Below, piece by piece: positions 24,035 to 36,145 of a stretch of 60,367 nucleotides of DNA. Within the stretch, counting starts at the first letter, position 1, and every line of letters starts with the position of its first letter. Source of the DNA: Dicyema japonicum (taxonomy: Eukaryota > Animalia > Dicyemida); the NCBI GenBank assembly GCA_011109175.1, contig RDEW01000028.1:705830-766196 (forward strand), in the 5' to 3' direction. The notes under the pieces were generated by a model. That model was given only the letters and a program-made list of their open reading frames with translations, was not told where the DNA came from and ran no database searches. Position numbers and translations under genes: made by a program.

Positions 24035-25505
24035 ATAATTACAAAAGCCCTGGACTAGATACGATAAACCCAGAAATACTAAAATATGGCCCTGACTCCT
24101 CTTTTTGAAAAAATCGCTACACTACTAAATGAAATGTTTTTAACTAACTCAACCCTCTACCCCTGAGAACGGGATTACTAATACCTGTACCAAAACCGAA
24201 TAAACCCAAAGGACCGGTTGAAAACCTACGACCAATTATATTATCAAATTCTCTACGGAAAGTCTTAGCTAACATTGTATTGGAACGAATAAAAGGACCA
24301 GCCTATGAATACCTACCCAAAAGTCAAAGTAGGTTCAGAGAAGGAAGATCAACAGCTGATGCAGTTTGGAGTCACAGATGGAGATGTGCAACACATCAAA
24401 GATATTGTAATGCCACCCACATTCTGGGAATAGATCTATCAAAAGCCTTTGACTCGGTTAACAGGAACAAATTGATGACAGTGCTGGAAGGGATTATTGA
24501 CGAATCGAGTCTAAGAATGACCCAAATCCTTCTATCTAACACAGAACTCCTTGTGAGAGTTGGAAAAACTTGGAAAAACCTACTCAAGGAAATTTGAAAC
24601 AAACACAGGCACTCCTCAGGGAGACTCCCTGTCTCCGCTACTATTCACAATATACTTGGAGGCCGCTATGAGGGAACTGAGACTATTATACCTTTATGCT
24701 GATGATGTCGACCTAATCTCTGAAGACAAAGAGCTCCTGGAAAATGTACTAGAAAAAGCACCAGTATACTTGGAGATGGTTTCTCACCGTGAACAAGGAA
24801 AAAACGGAATGGACGGAAATAATACGAATGAACAACCCACTTGAAGAGAAATGGAGGAACACTAAGAAACTTGGCTCTCTATTAGGAGACGGTGAAGATA
24901 TCATACGAAGAAAAACCCTGGCAAACGCGGCATTACACAGGCTGAAAAACCTATGGCTAAAACGGAAAGGGAATGACATAAAACAAAGGATAATGCTATA
25001 CAATACATTTATCAAACCAATCCTCCTATACAACTTTGGAACCTGGGACACGACAAAAGAAGAATTGGAGAGGCTCGACTCGTTTCACAGAAATCATCTA
25101 AGAAACATAACTGGAATGTCCTGGCCATCCAGGATCTCCGCGGAGTGGACTGTACAATAAGTGCGACTGTACGCCAATAAGTCGCGAGATCATTAGCTCT
25201 CGTTGGAGATGGACTCCTGAGTTAGACCCGGCATCCCCCCCCGAACATCGCAATGGAGGATTACTACCCCTCCCCCAATGTAAGACGCTTTCGTGGAAGA
25301 CCGAGAACAACCCTCTCGATCGTTTTACAAAACGATCTGAACTGTGAAGAAAACATTGACATCTGGTGACGACCTGGACTCTCTGAGGAACTTAGCTAAG
25401 AACAGGAGAGCTTGGAGCAATCTAATTAGTTCTCTTATATCTTTTGCTGCACATGCGGGGTTATAAATATTATGGCTCTCGTGAAGGTGCTAATAATAAT
25501 AATTA
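24035..25505 (+). mobile_element. 5'-truncated RTE-like LINE with an intact 3' tail
   Basis: PVENLRPI, GIDLSKAFDSV, GTPQGDSLSPLLF, YADDVDL and KKLGSLLGD; 3' stem-loop followed by (TAA)n. Confidence 0.92.
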
Positions 25506-26640
25506 TTATAATTACACTAGCTTGCAGCGCGCTTCGCTCACCGCGACCTAGCTCCTGCGGAGGGCGTGTTTCATTAAACAACTATAAGTTTATGCAGATA
25601 TATAAAACGACCTGGTTTTGGTGTAACCCTATTCTAGAAACTTTCCCAAGCCTTCTGTTTATCGTAAACAGGGTCAAAGTAGATTTTTCCTGACTAGCCT
25701 CCAGTTCGTTTTTATATAGCTATGAACTCAGATTGTTAAGGTTATCTTGTATTCTAACGCGTTTCATCTATTATGCTGACATCCCTTGATCCAACGATAG
25801 TATCGTCAGCATATAATAATAACATATCGTTGTCCTCTTCTGTCTCTGGTAGGTCGTTCGTCATGAAATTGAATAGGAGTGGAGGTAATGAAGAACGTTG
25901 AGGGATTTCATTTGGTAATAGTCTCGATATGGAAAATCTATTTCCATAGCAAGCCCGTCCCCGACGACCGCTCAGGAAATTCCCAACCCATAGCTTTAAA
26001 TTTGCATTAATATTAGAAATATAAATCCTTTGTATGGGTGTTTTCTTTGGGACCGAATCAAAAGTTTTCTTTACGTCGATCGAGCAAACAATAAATTTTT
26101 CTTGCTTAGGTTTTTTTCATAAACCATCTGATATAAATTTCATTGAAGAATTTGGGTGTGTGACAGTTAATCGTCCCTCTTTGAATCAATGTTGAAAAAC
26201 TGACTTCTGGAAGGAGGGGGCGAATCAATGTCATCACAATTCTCTATAGAGTTAATGCGTGGACACATAAAGGGACACTGGCCTGTATGAACCAGGATCC
26301 TCCTTCGGTTTTCGAGGCCTCAGGATTGGGTGAATAGTGGACAGTTTCCCATAATGTGGGAATGATATTAAAGTTGCACGAGTAGTTGTAAATACTCGTA
26401 AGTGCAGAGACAGCTGCATCGCACAATTTTTTGAGCATGATCACTGGGATTCCGTCTGGTCCGCAGGAGCGTGTATTTTTTAGTCGGGAAATTTCTACAG
26501 CGACATCTCGAGGTAGGAAGTACGATAATGGAGGCTCCCTTTTCGGTTTCCCTCTAATAATTGAGGGGGTTCCGATTTTTTTATAAGACTTGTGACTTAT
26601 TTTCACGCACTGTTTTATAAAAGTGTTTAGATCTAGTTGG
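25506..26640 (-). mobile_element. ingi/I-like LINE fragment, tail-to-tail with the RTE copy
   Basis: RSCGPDGIPVIMLK, IPQRSSLPPLLFN and YADDTI motifs; same family as 17590-20146. Confidence 0.8.
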
Positions 26641-26719
26641 AGATTATGGTCATCCTCGTTTGTACTGTCGGCGTTTCATTTCAAATGTCTTAAATAAGCA
26701 TTGCAATAAAATGAAATCA

Positions 26720-29700
26720 TCAAAGCAAATTGTCAATGTCCCAAGTACGCGAACTGCCTCCATCCTCGACACACCCGACCAACGCAAATAATTCCGAACA
26801 ACTCTTCCTAAGCCGAAGATCACACCCAGTGTAGGCCGAAGCCAATGCACTGGTCAATTGACTGGTCAGCAACACTAAAACTACCCCACCACACACTCAC
26901 ATGACACATCCCGACAATTCCTCCGATAGTAATCCAAATGACGAATCACTGCTTCCACTGGCACGTGATGTTTTACACTAACAACTCCCCTCGCAAAACT
27001 CACCGTTTAAGCCTCTTGCTTTGCCGACTCAGCAATGTGCCTATTACGGTCGACAACTTATCAGAGTCCTCCGAAGCCCAGAAAGCGAGGGCAGTGGAGA
27101 TGACCGGCATCACGGAGGGGGCCGAAATGGTCAGAAGACAGGAAACCAACTCCATGGTGGGTCTACCAATACATGACAAATCCAACTTTCTGCAGATTAT
27201 AGCCTCCGTGGTAATAAGGTACACCAAATGACTGAATGATTCTAACTTGTTAATCAATATGGACAACCAGAGTCCTCAAAGTCTGATAAATAACTGAGGT
27301 ATGACTCGACTAAGAGACAGTGAGACTGAACCAGTGCCCATAACGCCTGCTGACTGTGTTGTGGCATAATTGACATTACATCTACATTAGAAACCACGAA
27401 TACTACGGAGAACTGACTCAATCCCATCATCAGTGATCAGAATCATTTCTTTTCTAAGAATGGCGCAGTTCAGCTTGTCGAACTGGAATAAAACCAAAGG
27501 AATACCTGTTTGGAGGGCAGTCGACAGTCAGGCTCTTTAGAAGAGTGCAGTTATCAACCAATACATGCCCGATGGACTAGTAGGTCATATTAAAGAGGAC
27601 TACTGATTTGTGAAGAGTAATAACGAGTCGTACTGCCATATCTCGGTCGAATTTGACACACAACTAACAAATGTGGGCACTGAGCAATACAATCACGTCC
27701 TCAGTCAGCATGGAAGAGAGATCGTAATTCAAGGACACACACAGTCCTTGGTAACATCCGAATCGCTCATTCTCATTTCTACAATATACACAACACAGGG
27801 ACCTCTGCTCAAGGAAACATAAAAAACAGATATCCTATTGGCGGGAAATATTCCTCACTTTGTTGTACAGAGCAAGCAAGGACAAGGACAGTGAGTTTGT
27901 TTCATGTAACTGCACCAGCAGTCGAAACAAGTTGAACACATAAAAGTCAAAGAACTGTTCGGACGACCTGCCAGTAACAAGCCCGTCATTACAGGACTGA
28001 TATGAAAGGGAGAGTGCTGTTGGTCCTGCATGTAGGGTTGTTAATGTAGTCATGCATTAGCCACCCTACACACCCCGCAAGGGAATCCCCTATGGATGTC
28101 CCTGACTGTCCACTGCTCATCCACGATTCATTCTGACATACTACACGAGGATACAACGATTATTATGAGGTTGAGGAGACGGGTGAATGCTTCTGACCGT
28201 TTATGAGCAGGACTTTGTTCGTCAACACTCACAGTCAGCAGAGAACGCTGAGAGTCGAACAATTTCTCGAAATGAGACTGAAATGTGGTTTTCCTGAACT
28301 TGAGGATCTCCGGCATAAGCACACAGTCAAGATGGGAGACCGAATCTGACAGGACTGAGGGAAATGGCCAACCAGTCCTCACAACCACTTCCTCGTCGTC
28401 GCTGAAAACTGACATTTCATTGCTTCTCAGCTGGGAGGTGGGAGTCCCCGTGATTTCGAAGGTTGGCTTATCCTCAGTTTCCGTGGGACAAGTCGACATG
28501 CCTCGACTAAAGGACCGAAAACAACCAGAATCGTCCGAATCCCGAGGTCGGCAAAACTCATAAAAATAATGCAAAATTGCTTGACGGAGGTCCTTGGGCA
28601 GATTTTCGTTCTCCGCAATGACACAAAATGATCTGCAAAATCAAATGGCACAAAGGCAACGAAATGACTTTTTTGGAAATGAGACATTTCAGTGCAGACT
28701 GAATGGATTCTTCAATGCTTTGTGTCTTGGCTGGGTAGTAGTTCGCCCCGATTCGACAAAAGTAGTCCACCAGTGACAGAGCAAGGTTGATGTTCACACG
28801 GAATGAATTCGCCATCAACAAAATGGCGGGTTCTACGGTCACAAAATCGAGTTTTCTACCAATATCCATAATGTCCTTGTCGGATTGAAAAAACAGCCAA
28901 TCAAAAAAAAGCGCTAACTTCATATTAGCATTGACGAGTCTCCTCTACCCAGTCAACTATAAAAACAACCGAACACCCAGAAAACAACCACCCAATCAGT
29001 GCATAACGCGTAACCAAATCCGACGAGAGTTGTTCGTTGGTAGGGTGGTAGACGGAACATAAATAACGGATAATATCAACACGGACAGTGTCCCCCATTG
29101 GAGTGTTGAGGTACTATTCATTACTAGTATAACAAACCATGGCTCGATACCACTCCTGGTATATACGCTCGTGTCCAAACCTCACCTAAACTAGTGATTG
29201 GAGATTTCAACCGACGACAACATGAAACGGAGTCGTTCTTCCATTTCAAATGGCAGGAGCAGACACAAATAATTTCTGGGAGTTCGGCGACGCAGGACTT
29301 CAAAGATGGTGTCATTTTCGTCAGTCCCGTTGGCCAATTCTGCCCAAAATGCTTCCATTTCAGGAATTCTGGCAACATTTTGGAGCAGACGAATCAAATC
29401 ACGGCCAATTTCAGCACAGCAATTCCACTAATCACGGAATCACGGAAAACAGTAAACATAGTTTTTTAGCAGAAACAGACTCAGCCGGATTTCAATTTGT
29501 CTGAGCCCTGTTAGTCGCTCGTGCGAGTGGTCCTCCATTAATCTGAGAGAGGTGAACACGACGGAAGGGATCACGGAGGGACATATTTCAGTCCACTGCC
29601 TCAAATAGACATAAATGTATTACTTATGAGCAAGTAGAGTACTCAGGACGTTTTCTATTAGAAGGAGGTTCTTCTCTGAAGTGTCCGCGCCTCCCATCGA

Positions 29701-30181
29701 CCTGAGAATTGAAACTATGAAGGATTCCATCCTCGGACTTCTGCTTTTATCAGCTCTCCAAAAAACCAGATCATCTGGGCTGAAATTGGGGGGTTTTAAC
29801 TTGTTTGGAAACATGGGAAACCAGACGATTCCATTTTTGTGCCACAATTCTACTACAAGTAGAAATGACGAGAGAAAGTGCGTCCTTTGTGGTGGTTACT
29901 AGCAGGGCATATGACTGACAATGTTATTTGATAGTTTTGCCTGCAGACATTGACTTGATCTATCAGAAGAGAGAATAGGAGGCCGAGTTGAACGTCCTCG
30001 TAGGCGGAAGCATGTCCTTTGGAAATGTGGCTTGACAGTATATCAGCTGGGTCATATCCTTTGCAGTCGCTAATCAGTGATTTTACTACTCGTAATGAAT
30101 TCTCGAGTTTCTAGCAGCTTGAACGATACTATTTACTGTTTCTAAATCATATTTCAATTCAATGGGAGTAGTGTTCAACAT
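26720..30181 (-). CDS. INTS3: Integrator complex subunit 3 (SOSS-A); many tiny introns
   Basis: IGRDLIRLLQNVARIPE, KLALFFDWLFF...DIMDI|EPAILLM and CSELFALV; introns such as 28833-28859 (27 nt); a few homopolymer frameshifts. Confidence 0.93.
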
Positions 30182-30276
30182 CAATACAAATGCTATTTGA
30201 ATTTTATTAAATAATAATCAATTAAATTTATTAAAAACTTTGATAATTAAAATTTTTATGGTGTGTCCAATTCACC

Positions 30277-30775
30277 TTGTTTAATTTGAATGTTATTTTA
30301 CACGAATTGCTTCTTCAAGGTCAAAGCCCGTCGGTTCTAGAACTGAAGGGAAACCTGAGAAGGGAGAACATTAAGCCAGGAGAATGGCTAACAGGCGGTA
30401 CGGAAACAGGGCAGTCTGTCTTGACAGAGCTGAAGATCAAAGGCAAAAAGTTCGTCCCAATCCCGCTGGGAAGTGACTTGTTTCCATAGTGCAAGAGCCG
30501 AATGAATATCAGAGTCCAACGATGATTCAGTAGTTTTTTCCAGAATCTTTTGGACAAGAAGATATGATCCAGAAGCCGAAGTAAGAAAGTCGGGAAAGCC
30601 AAATCAAAAACAAAGGCCCAGACCTCCGTGACTCACAGGAAGTTTAGCCTGACACCATCCAATATCATCGAAATGTATATTCAAGATTTTCTCAGCAGAA
30701 CTCCAAGATCCCGCCTTGTTTTTACACGAATTATATCTGTTCAGAGGATGTCGAGTGTCTATCTCTACTCCTCTT
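30277..30775 (+). CDS. Probable short intron-containing gene of unknown function, head-to-head with INTS3
   Basis: GC-elevated coding-like frames (SVLELKGNLRRENIKPGEWLTG...ELKIKGKKFVPI) with a candidate 30-nt GT-AG intron; family not recognised. Confidence 0.3.
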
Positions 30776-30812
30776 GTTTTTAGAATTTAAATCAGCAAAG
30801 TTGTAGTTTCCT

Positions 30813-31411
30813 GGGGTGGCACAGTGCTTGGGCCATAGTGACTAAGGTCGCGGGTTCGAGTCTGGCCCTGTTCATCTGGCGAAAGAATCTACGATGCCTA
30901 ATGGCTTGACGAGTGACGCCGTCATCAGTGAATACTCACTGCGGAACCGGAGCGTCTATCTTGGACCCACACACAAGAAAAAAAAAAGTGAAGATCTTTG
31001 GCCCTACCTACGATTGGCCCTAAGTTAAGTTAAGTTAGCCGTATTCAGCCGATTCCGGCCATTGGCAATTCTGTTGATCAAATTCTTCCACAAAACCCTG
31101 TCTCGAGAAAATCATGTCCGGCTATTTTAACGACTTGTGAAGACCAATTTAATTTTGTTCTTCCTTGCTTTCTCTTTCCGGAGAACGAAGATAGCAAGAT
31201 CATCTTTTCTATGCCGTCCCCCGAAGTAGTGTCCCAAGTAAGATAATTGCTGTTTCCATATTTTCGCTACAAGCGACAATGATGGTTTGACGATTGGCCC
31301 TACCTACGATTAATTAAAAAATTAACCCTTTCACTTAAAATAAAGTGTGTGTGTCCTGCCTGTGCGGAGTTATAGAATACTATGGCTCTGCGGGAAAGGA
31401 TATAATAATAA
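30813..31411 (+). mobile_element. tRNA-derived SINE (full length, with an internal insertion)
   Basis: A-box TGGCACAGTGCTTGG, B-box GGTTCGAGTC, (TAA)n tail and an 11-bp TSD TGTAGTTTCCT (30802-30812 and 31412-31422); homologous copies at 41072, 48119 and 54836. Confidence 0.88.
31021..31290 (-). mobile_element. 3' fragment of an RTE-type LINE inserted inside the SINE
   Basis: (CTTAA)n tail, flanking CGATTGGCCC duplication and a C-terminal SRDRVLWKNLINRI frame. Confidence 0.6.
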
Positions 31412-31740
31412 TGTAGTTTCCTTAAACTTCCGTATCTCCTGTTGTGGCCAAGTCCCGTGTCTTGAGTATATTAATTCCTTGATTGAGCACAGCTGTTATG
31501 TTCAGAACAAAAAATCATATAAGAGCTCCATGACTCAGGTCAGAAGTTTTTATTGGCCGGGGATGTCTCTGTTCGGCCGATTCAGCCATCTGGCGATTCT
31601 GTTGATCAAATTTACCAAGAATATTAGGATATCTAATTCTATTAAAAATTAACAATTTGAATTAAAACTAATTTAATAGTTGTTTTATATATTAATTAAA
31701 ATAAATAAATTAATTCCAAGATTAGTTATATTCTTGTTTT

Positions 31741-32624
31741 ATGTCTGGCGTTGAGAACGATTTTGAACCCCAAATTGCAGAAAGCGAAGATATCCTCCTC
31801 ACAGTCACAAGTAAGTAATAAAATATATTGAATCAGGCGATCCTTGCGAATATGACACTTGCAAGACTGTGGAACCATCCACATGCTGTTTTTTTGAAAC
31901 GAATAATCCTTGTTTACTGAGAGGTATCTGGGCTATTGGTAATCCACAAATAGTAAGGGATGTAATTTTATGGAGGAATCCCCTGCAATCGGGTGTTATT
32001 TTGATAACATTGACTGGCCTATTTACAATGTTTCAGTGCTACTACTTTCTGTTTGCAACATGCAATATCGTCATCTCCCTGTTTATTGTCTCCCTCTCTA
32101 CTTTTGTGTACAATAAAATGTCCAACACCCTCCATCTCCCATATTTCCCAGATCTTCCTGGTTTATATTCAATGACCTTATTTTAGCGAGGGACTTGTCT
32201 CAGTGAGGAAGTCATTCATGATTACGTAACAAAATATTATCCCTGCTGTGTCAGTCTTGTTAGATCATTCATGGCTGCTCTCTGTTTTGAGGACATTGTG
32301 CTGGCCTGCAAGGTTTGTTTGATTTGACAATTTTAGTGCATTGGTGGTCTTTGGGTCACGTCTTACGTTTTCAGGATTGTCTCACTTCCGGTGTCTCTTG
32401 GTGTGTCGACTGTGGTGCTTATGACTGTTCCTTATGTTTACTTGACTTACAGGGTAGTTTTGGTGTGTTTATTCTTAGACAGAGATCAACGGGTTGACGA
32501 CTTGTTCTCTGAGGTGTGGATGTGATGTGTTGAATAGGATGTAATGTGTTTGGGGGTGTATTCTAGTTCTGAGAAGATTCCTTTCCTTAGGAAAAGGAGA
32601 AGGAAGAATGAAATTAGTTGTTAA
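31741..32624 (+). CDS. Reticulon family protein
   Basis: VRDVILWRNPLQSGVIL, two long hydrophobic segments, FEDIVLACK and MTVPYVY; about six introns of 24-30 nt; 3' end approximate. Confidence 0.85.
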
Positions 32625-32826
32625 ATCTCGGTTAATCTTTTCATTCCTTGATAATAAATTGATGGTTTGACCTAATTTTGGCATTAATTAATTAAATTAT
32701 TTCTAAGAAATTGACTCAATCATTACATTATTTCCTTACAAAGTGTATTGATTGGTTTAATATATTTAAGAAGATGAGTTAGTAATTATTTATTAAAATA
32801 AATTCATTTGATTAACTAGTTTATTC

Positions 32827-33050
32827 ATGTGGCGTAGTCTCCTCATTCGAAATATCATCAGGAGAACACACACTGAAACTGAAGAAGAACTCTTTGCTAG
32901 ATATATTCGAGCAAGAAAAATAGTTTCCCTCATCGTTAATATTTTTTATCAGGAAAAGATGTGTTTTATTGCCTGCTTTGGCCTGTCTATTGCTGGTCCT
33001 CGTCCTACTGTCTCTACCGACTGAGACAAATGCGCTTAGAATCAGCCTAA
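32827..33050 (+). CDS. Small mitochondrial single-pass protein, cytochrome c oxidase subunit 8-like
   Basis: Arg-rich presequence MWRSLLIRNIIRRTH; a 30-nt intron plus one missing C give EKMCFIACFGLSIAGPSSYCLYRLRQMR, resembling the invertebrate COX8 transmembrane pattern. Confidence 0.45.
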
Positions 33051-33548
33051 CCTTCCTAATTGTTGACTTGTCCTTTTAAATATTACCTGTGCTATCAGGG
33101 TACTTTCTTAGAATTTTTTTAAGTCTCCGCCGGAGATTGAGTTTTGCCGTTTGTTTTTTTGATCATCCGGTTCAGAATGTGTTGTCATTGTTCAGGATAT
33201 TTCTGTCTTTAGTATACAATTTAGATTGCCTTATTGAGCTTTGTTTTGTGTCGATATTAGCGCATTCTCATTTCTTTGTAGAATATTTTAACATTTTCCA
33301 TCTAAGTGCTCTTTGTTGCAAACAGTCCAGCTCAGAAAATTATTAAGCAATCAGACCTTATTGGAACACATAAAACACACATAAACTACAAACAAATAAA
33401 CTGAACTTATAAGGAACTTACTGTGCCGCCTTTTTAAAAATACCAAATTACAGTCATTCAGACGATAATTTTTTTTCATAACCCTCAAGTTGCACATCGT
33501 GGTGGCAACCCAGGCACAAACAACAGTCATAACTATACCATTTCAGGT

Positions 33549-33661
33549 TCAAAGTGGGTCTTACCAAAAGCAAAGTGGTACTTACCAAAAGCAAAGTGGT
33601 ACTTACCAAAAGCAAAGTGGTACTTACCAAAAGCAAAGTGTACTTACCAAAAGCAAAGTGG
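33549..33661. repeat. 21-bp tandem repeat (CAAAGTGGTACTTACCAAAAG) x ~5
   Basis: Directly visible near-perfect units. Confidence 0.95.
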
Positions 33662-33744
33662 AACAAAAAATTATTATTGTTTTTTTAACAAAGGGTGAAG
33701 ATTATAGGGTTTTTTTACTAAAGAAGAGATTTTCTCTACCACGA

Positions 33745-34141
33745 NNNNNNNNNNNNNNNNNNNNNNNNNNNNNNNNNNNNNNNNNNNNNNNNNNNNNNNN
33801 NNNNNNNNNNNNNNNNNNNNNNNNNNNNNNNNNNNNNNNNNNNNNNNNNNNNNNNNNNNNNNNNNNNNNNNNNNNNNNNNNNNNNNNNNNNNNNNNNNNN
33901 NNNNNNNNNNNNNNNNNNNNNNNNNNNNNNNNNNNNNNNNNNNNNNNNNNNNNNNNNNNNNNNNNNNNNNNNNNNNNNNNNNNNNNNNNNNNNNNNNNNN
34001 NNNNNNNNNNNNNNNNNNNNNNNNNNNNNNNNNNNNNNNNNNNNNNNNNNNNNNNNNNNNNNNNNNNNNNNNNNNNNNNNNNNNNNNNNNNNNNNNNNNN
34101 NNNNNNNNNNNNNNNNNNNNNNNNNNNNNNNNNNNNNNNNN
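33745..34141. other. Assembly gap
   Basis: Run of N. Confidence 1.
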
Positions 34142-34214
34142 CCCACGTAAGCATGAAAAAATAACTATTTAAGATAGAAAATGTTGTAATAATTAAATAA
34201 AAATCAAATAAATG

Positions 34215-36145
34215 AATTTCCCATCGTCAAGCCGATAAGGCTGCTTTATCTGACTCTCGTCATACGGGGGGTCTCGAGTTAGAGTGATCATAAAATGGTT
34301 GTTGGACGCTTCAAACCTCAAGAGACTCCATGCGTTTCCCGAAACGCGAAGACTCCCAACCGCCACTAGCCAAGATACCTTACGGAAAAACTGCTGTACT
34401 CAACTCAGTCTCGGGCAAATTACCAACACTCAATGGATAACTACCTCTCCTCCGTAGCAACTGGACTCTCCCAAATGACACATGGGAGCTCATGCTGAAG
34501 GCATCCATACTGCTGCTGACAAACACATCGAAAGCAGACAAATAAATCCCAGCCGGGAAAGTCATGCCATCCAGACGTGTATGCACTTGCCGCTGAGCAA
34601 AAGGATCTCAAACTCAGAATCGAAAATAAGACGACCGTAGCAACAAATCTGCACTGAAGAACGAACGTGCCAGAATACAACGACGCATAAAGAAATTGAA
34701 CCGCAGCACGGTCTGGACACCATGGAGTCTTTTGTAAGGGAAATCGAAAACTCAAGGACGGCGCACAAATGTTCCAGGCTATGCGACTACTTAAAAGAAG
34801 AAAACACATAAACTCAAAATCATCGATGGCACGGGAAAAATTATTCGTGACCCCACTGTTCAAGCCGAACTAATAGCTATCATTTCGAAATCAACAAATT
34901 TTTTACTGGCACAGCCATACACCTCGACAGGCCATCACAGTGGAGGAGGTCGCCCGGCTGCTAGCAAACTCAAGAACTGTCGGCCGCTGGACCAGACCAC
35001 ATCAATGCAGAGCTGATTAAGTATGGCCTCAAGTCGCTTATGGACAAAATTGCGACCATATTCAACGACATGTTCACCACACACGACCCACTCCCGTTAG
35101 GGGCAGGCACCCTCATCCCTATACAAAAGCCAACAAAATCTCCGGCCCGGTGGAAAATTTCCGCCCTGTCATACTTCTGAATACCCTGAGGAAACTCCTC
35201 TCACTTGTTGTACTGAGTCGCATAAACGCGAGAGTTAATGAATATCTGGGGCCGAGTCAGAGCGGATTCAGGGCGGGAAGAGTCACAGATGGCGATGCGC
35301 TATCCAACGAAATTCAAAAGAGCCACGACCATCCTTGGAATCGACATGTCGAAAGCTTTCGACTGTGCCGACGCGATTTACTCCTCGTCCTACAGAGTTT
35401 CCTGAGGACGAAGTCAGAATGAATACGAGTACTGCTTGCTGGACAGAATTATCTGTTCGTGTTGGATCGTCTCTCTCAAGACGGTTCGAACGAATGTCGC
35501 TTTCAGACAACAAAGATGCTCTAATCGAATTTCTAAACAACACTCCAAGGATACTTAATAAGTGGTTCCTCATAATCAACACTTCTAAAAACCGAATTCA
35601 TTGAGATTATAACGCATGGGAACCAAAGTTGGTGAAAATTGGAGGAATGTGAAGAAATTCGGCTCTCTGCTCGCAGACAGTGAAGACATTACTTACCGAA
35701 AGATGCTGGCTACCGCGGCACTGGCAGAATACGCAATACATAACTCCAAACCTGGCCTGTAAATCGCCAACTCAGTTCAAAGCTTTACAGCGCCTTTGTG
35801 AAACCTGTTCTACTTTGTAATTCCTCGACATGGGGAATCTCGGATACTAAACTGAAAACTATAGATCTTCCTTCCCCCGCAAGCAGCTGCGCCTTCTACA
35901 TGGACTTCACTGGCCATCTAAAATCAATAATCAGTCACTCTACAAACACTACAAACGCTACACCGCTGAAATTGTGGCCATTACGCTAATCGGGCACATC
36001 ACGTGAATCTCGCAATGAATACTTCATGGAATATGGCGAAAAATATCGTGGACGACCGAGATCTACTCTCCGGGGAGTTTTGGGAAAGGATCTCAGCTCC
36101 GTTGGTAAGAAATTACAAAACGAAGACGACCTGGATTCCCTACGG
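34215..36145 (+). mobile_element. RTE-like LINE, degenerate, 3' end cut by a hAT insertion
   Basis: SDHKMVV, ENFRPVILLNTLRK, GIDMSKAFD and YRGRPR motifs; 3' part closely similar to the copy at 59808-60367. Confidence 0.88.

Noticed and set aside
26938-29902. Plus-strand ORFs overlapping INTS3 (and similar antisense ORFs over cullin, formin and the LINEs)
   Set aside because: Shadow frames of real minus-strand coding sequence with no independent motifs
30813-30885. tRNA gene
   Set aside because: A/B boxes are present, but the sequence continues into a repeated body with a tail and TSD, so it is a SINE head; no convincing acceptor stem
33549-33661. CRISPR-like array
   Set aside because: Units are head-to-tail with no unique spacers and there are no cas genes; this is a simple minisatellite in a eukaryotic context
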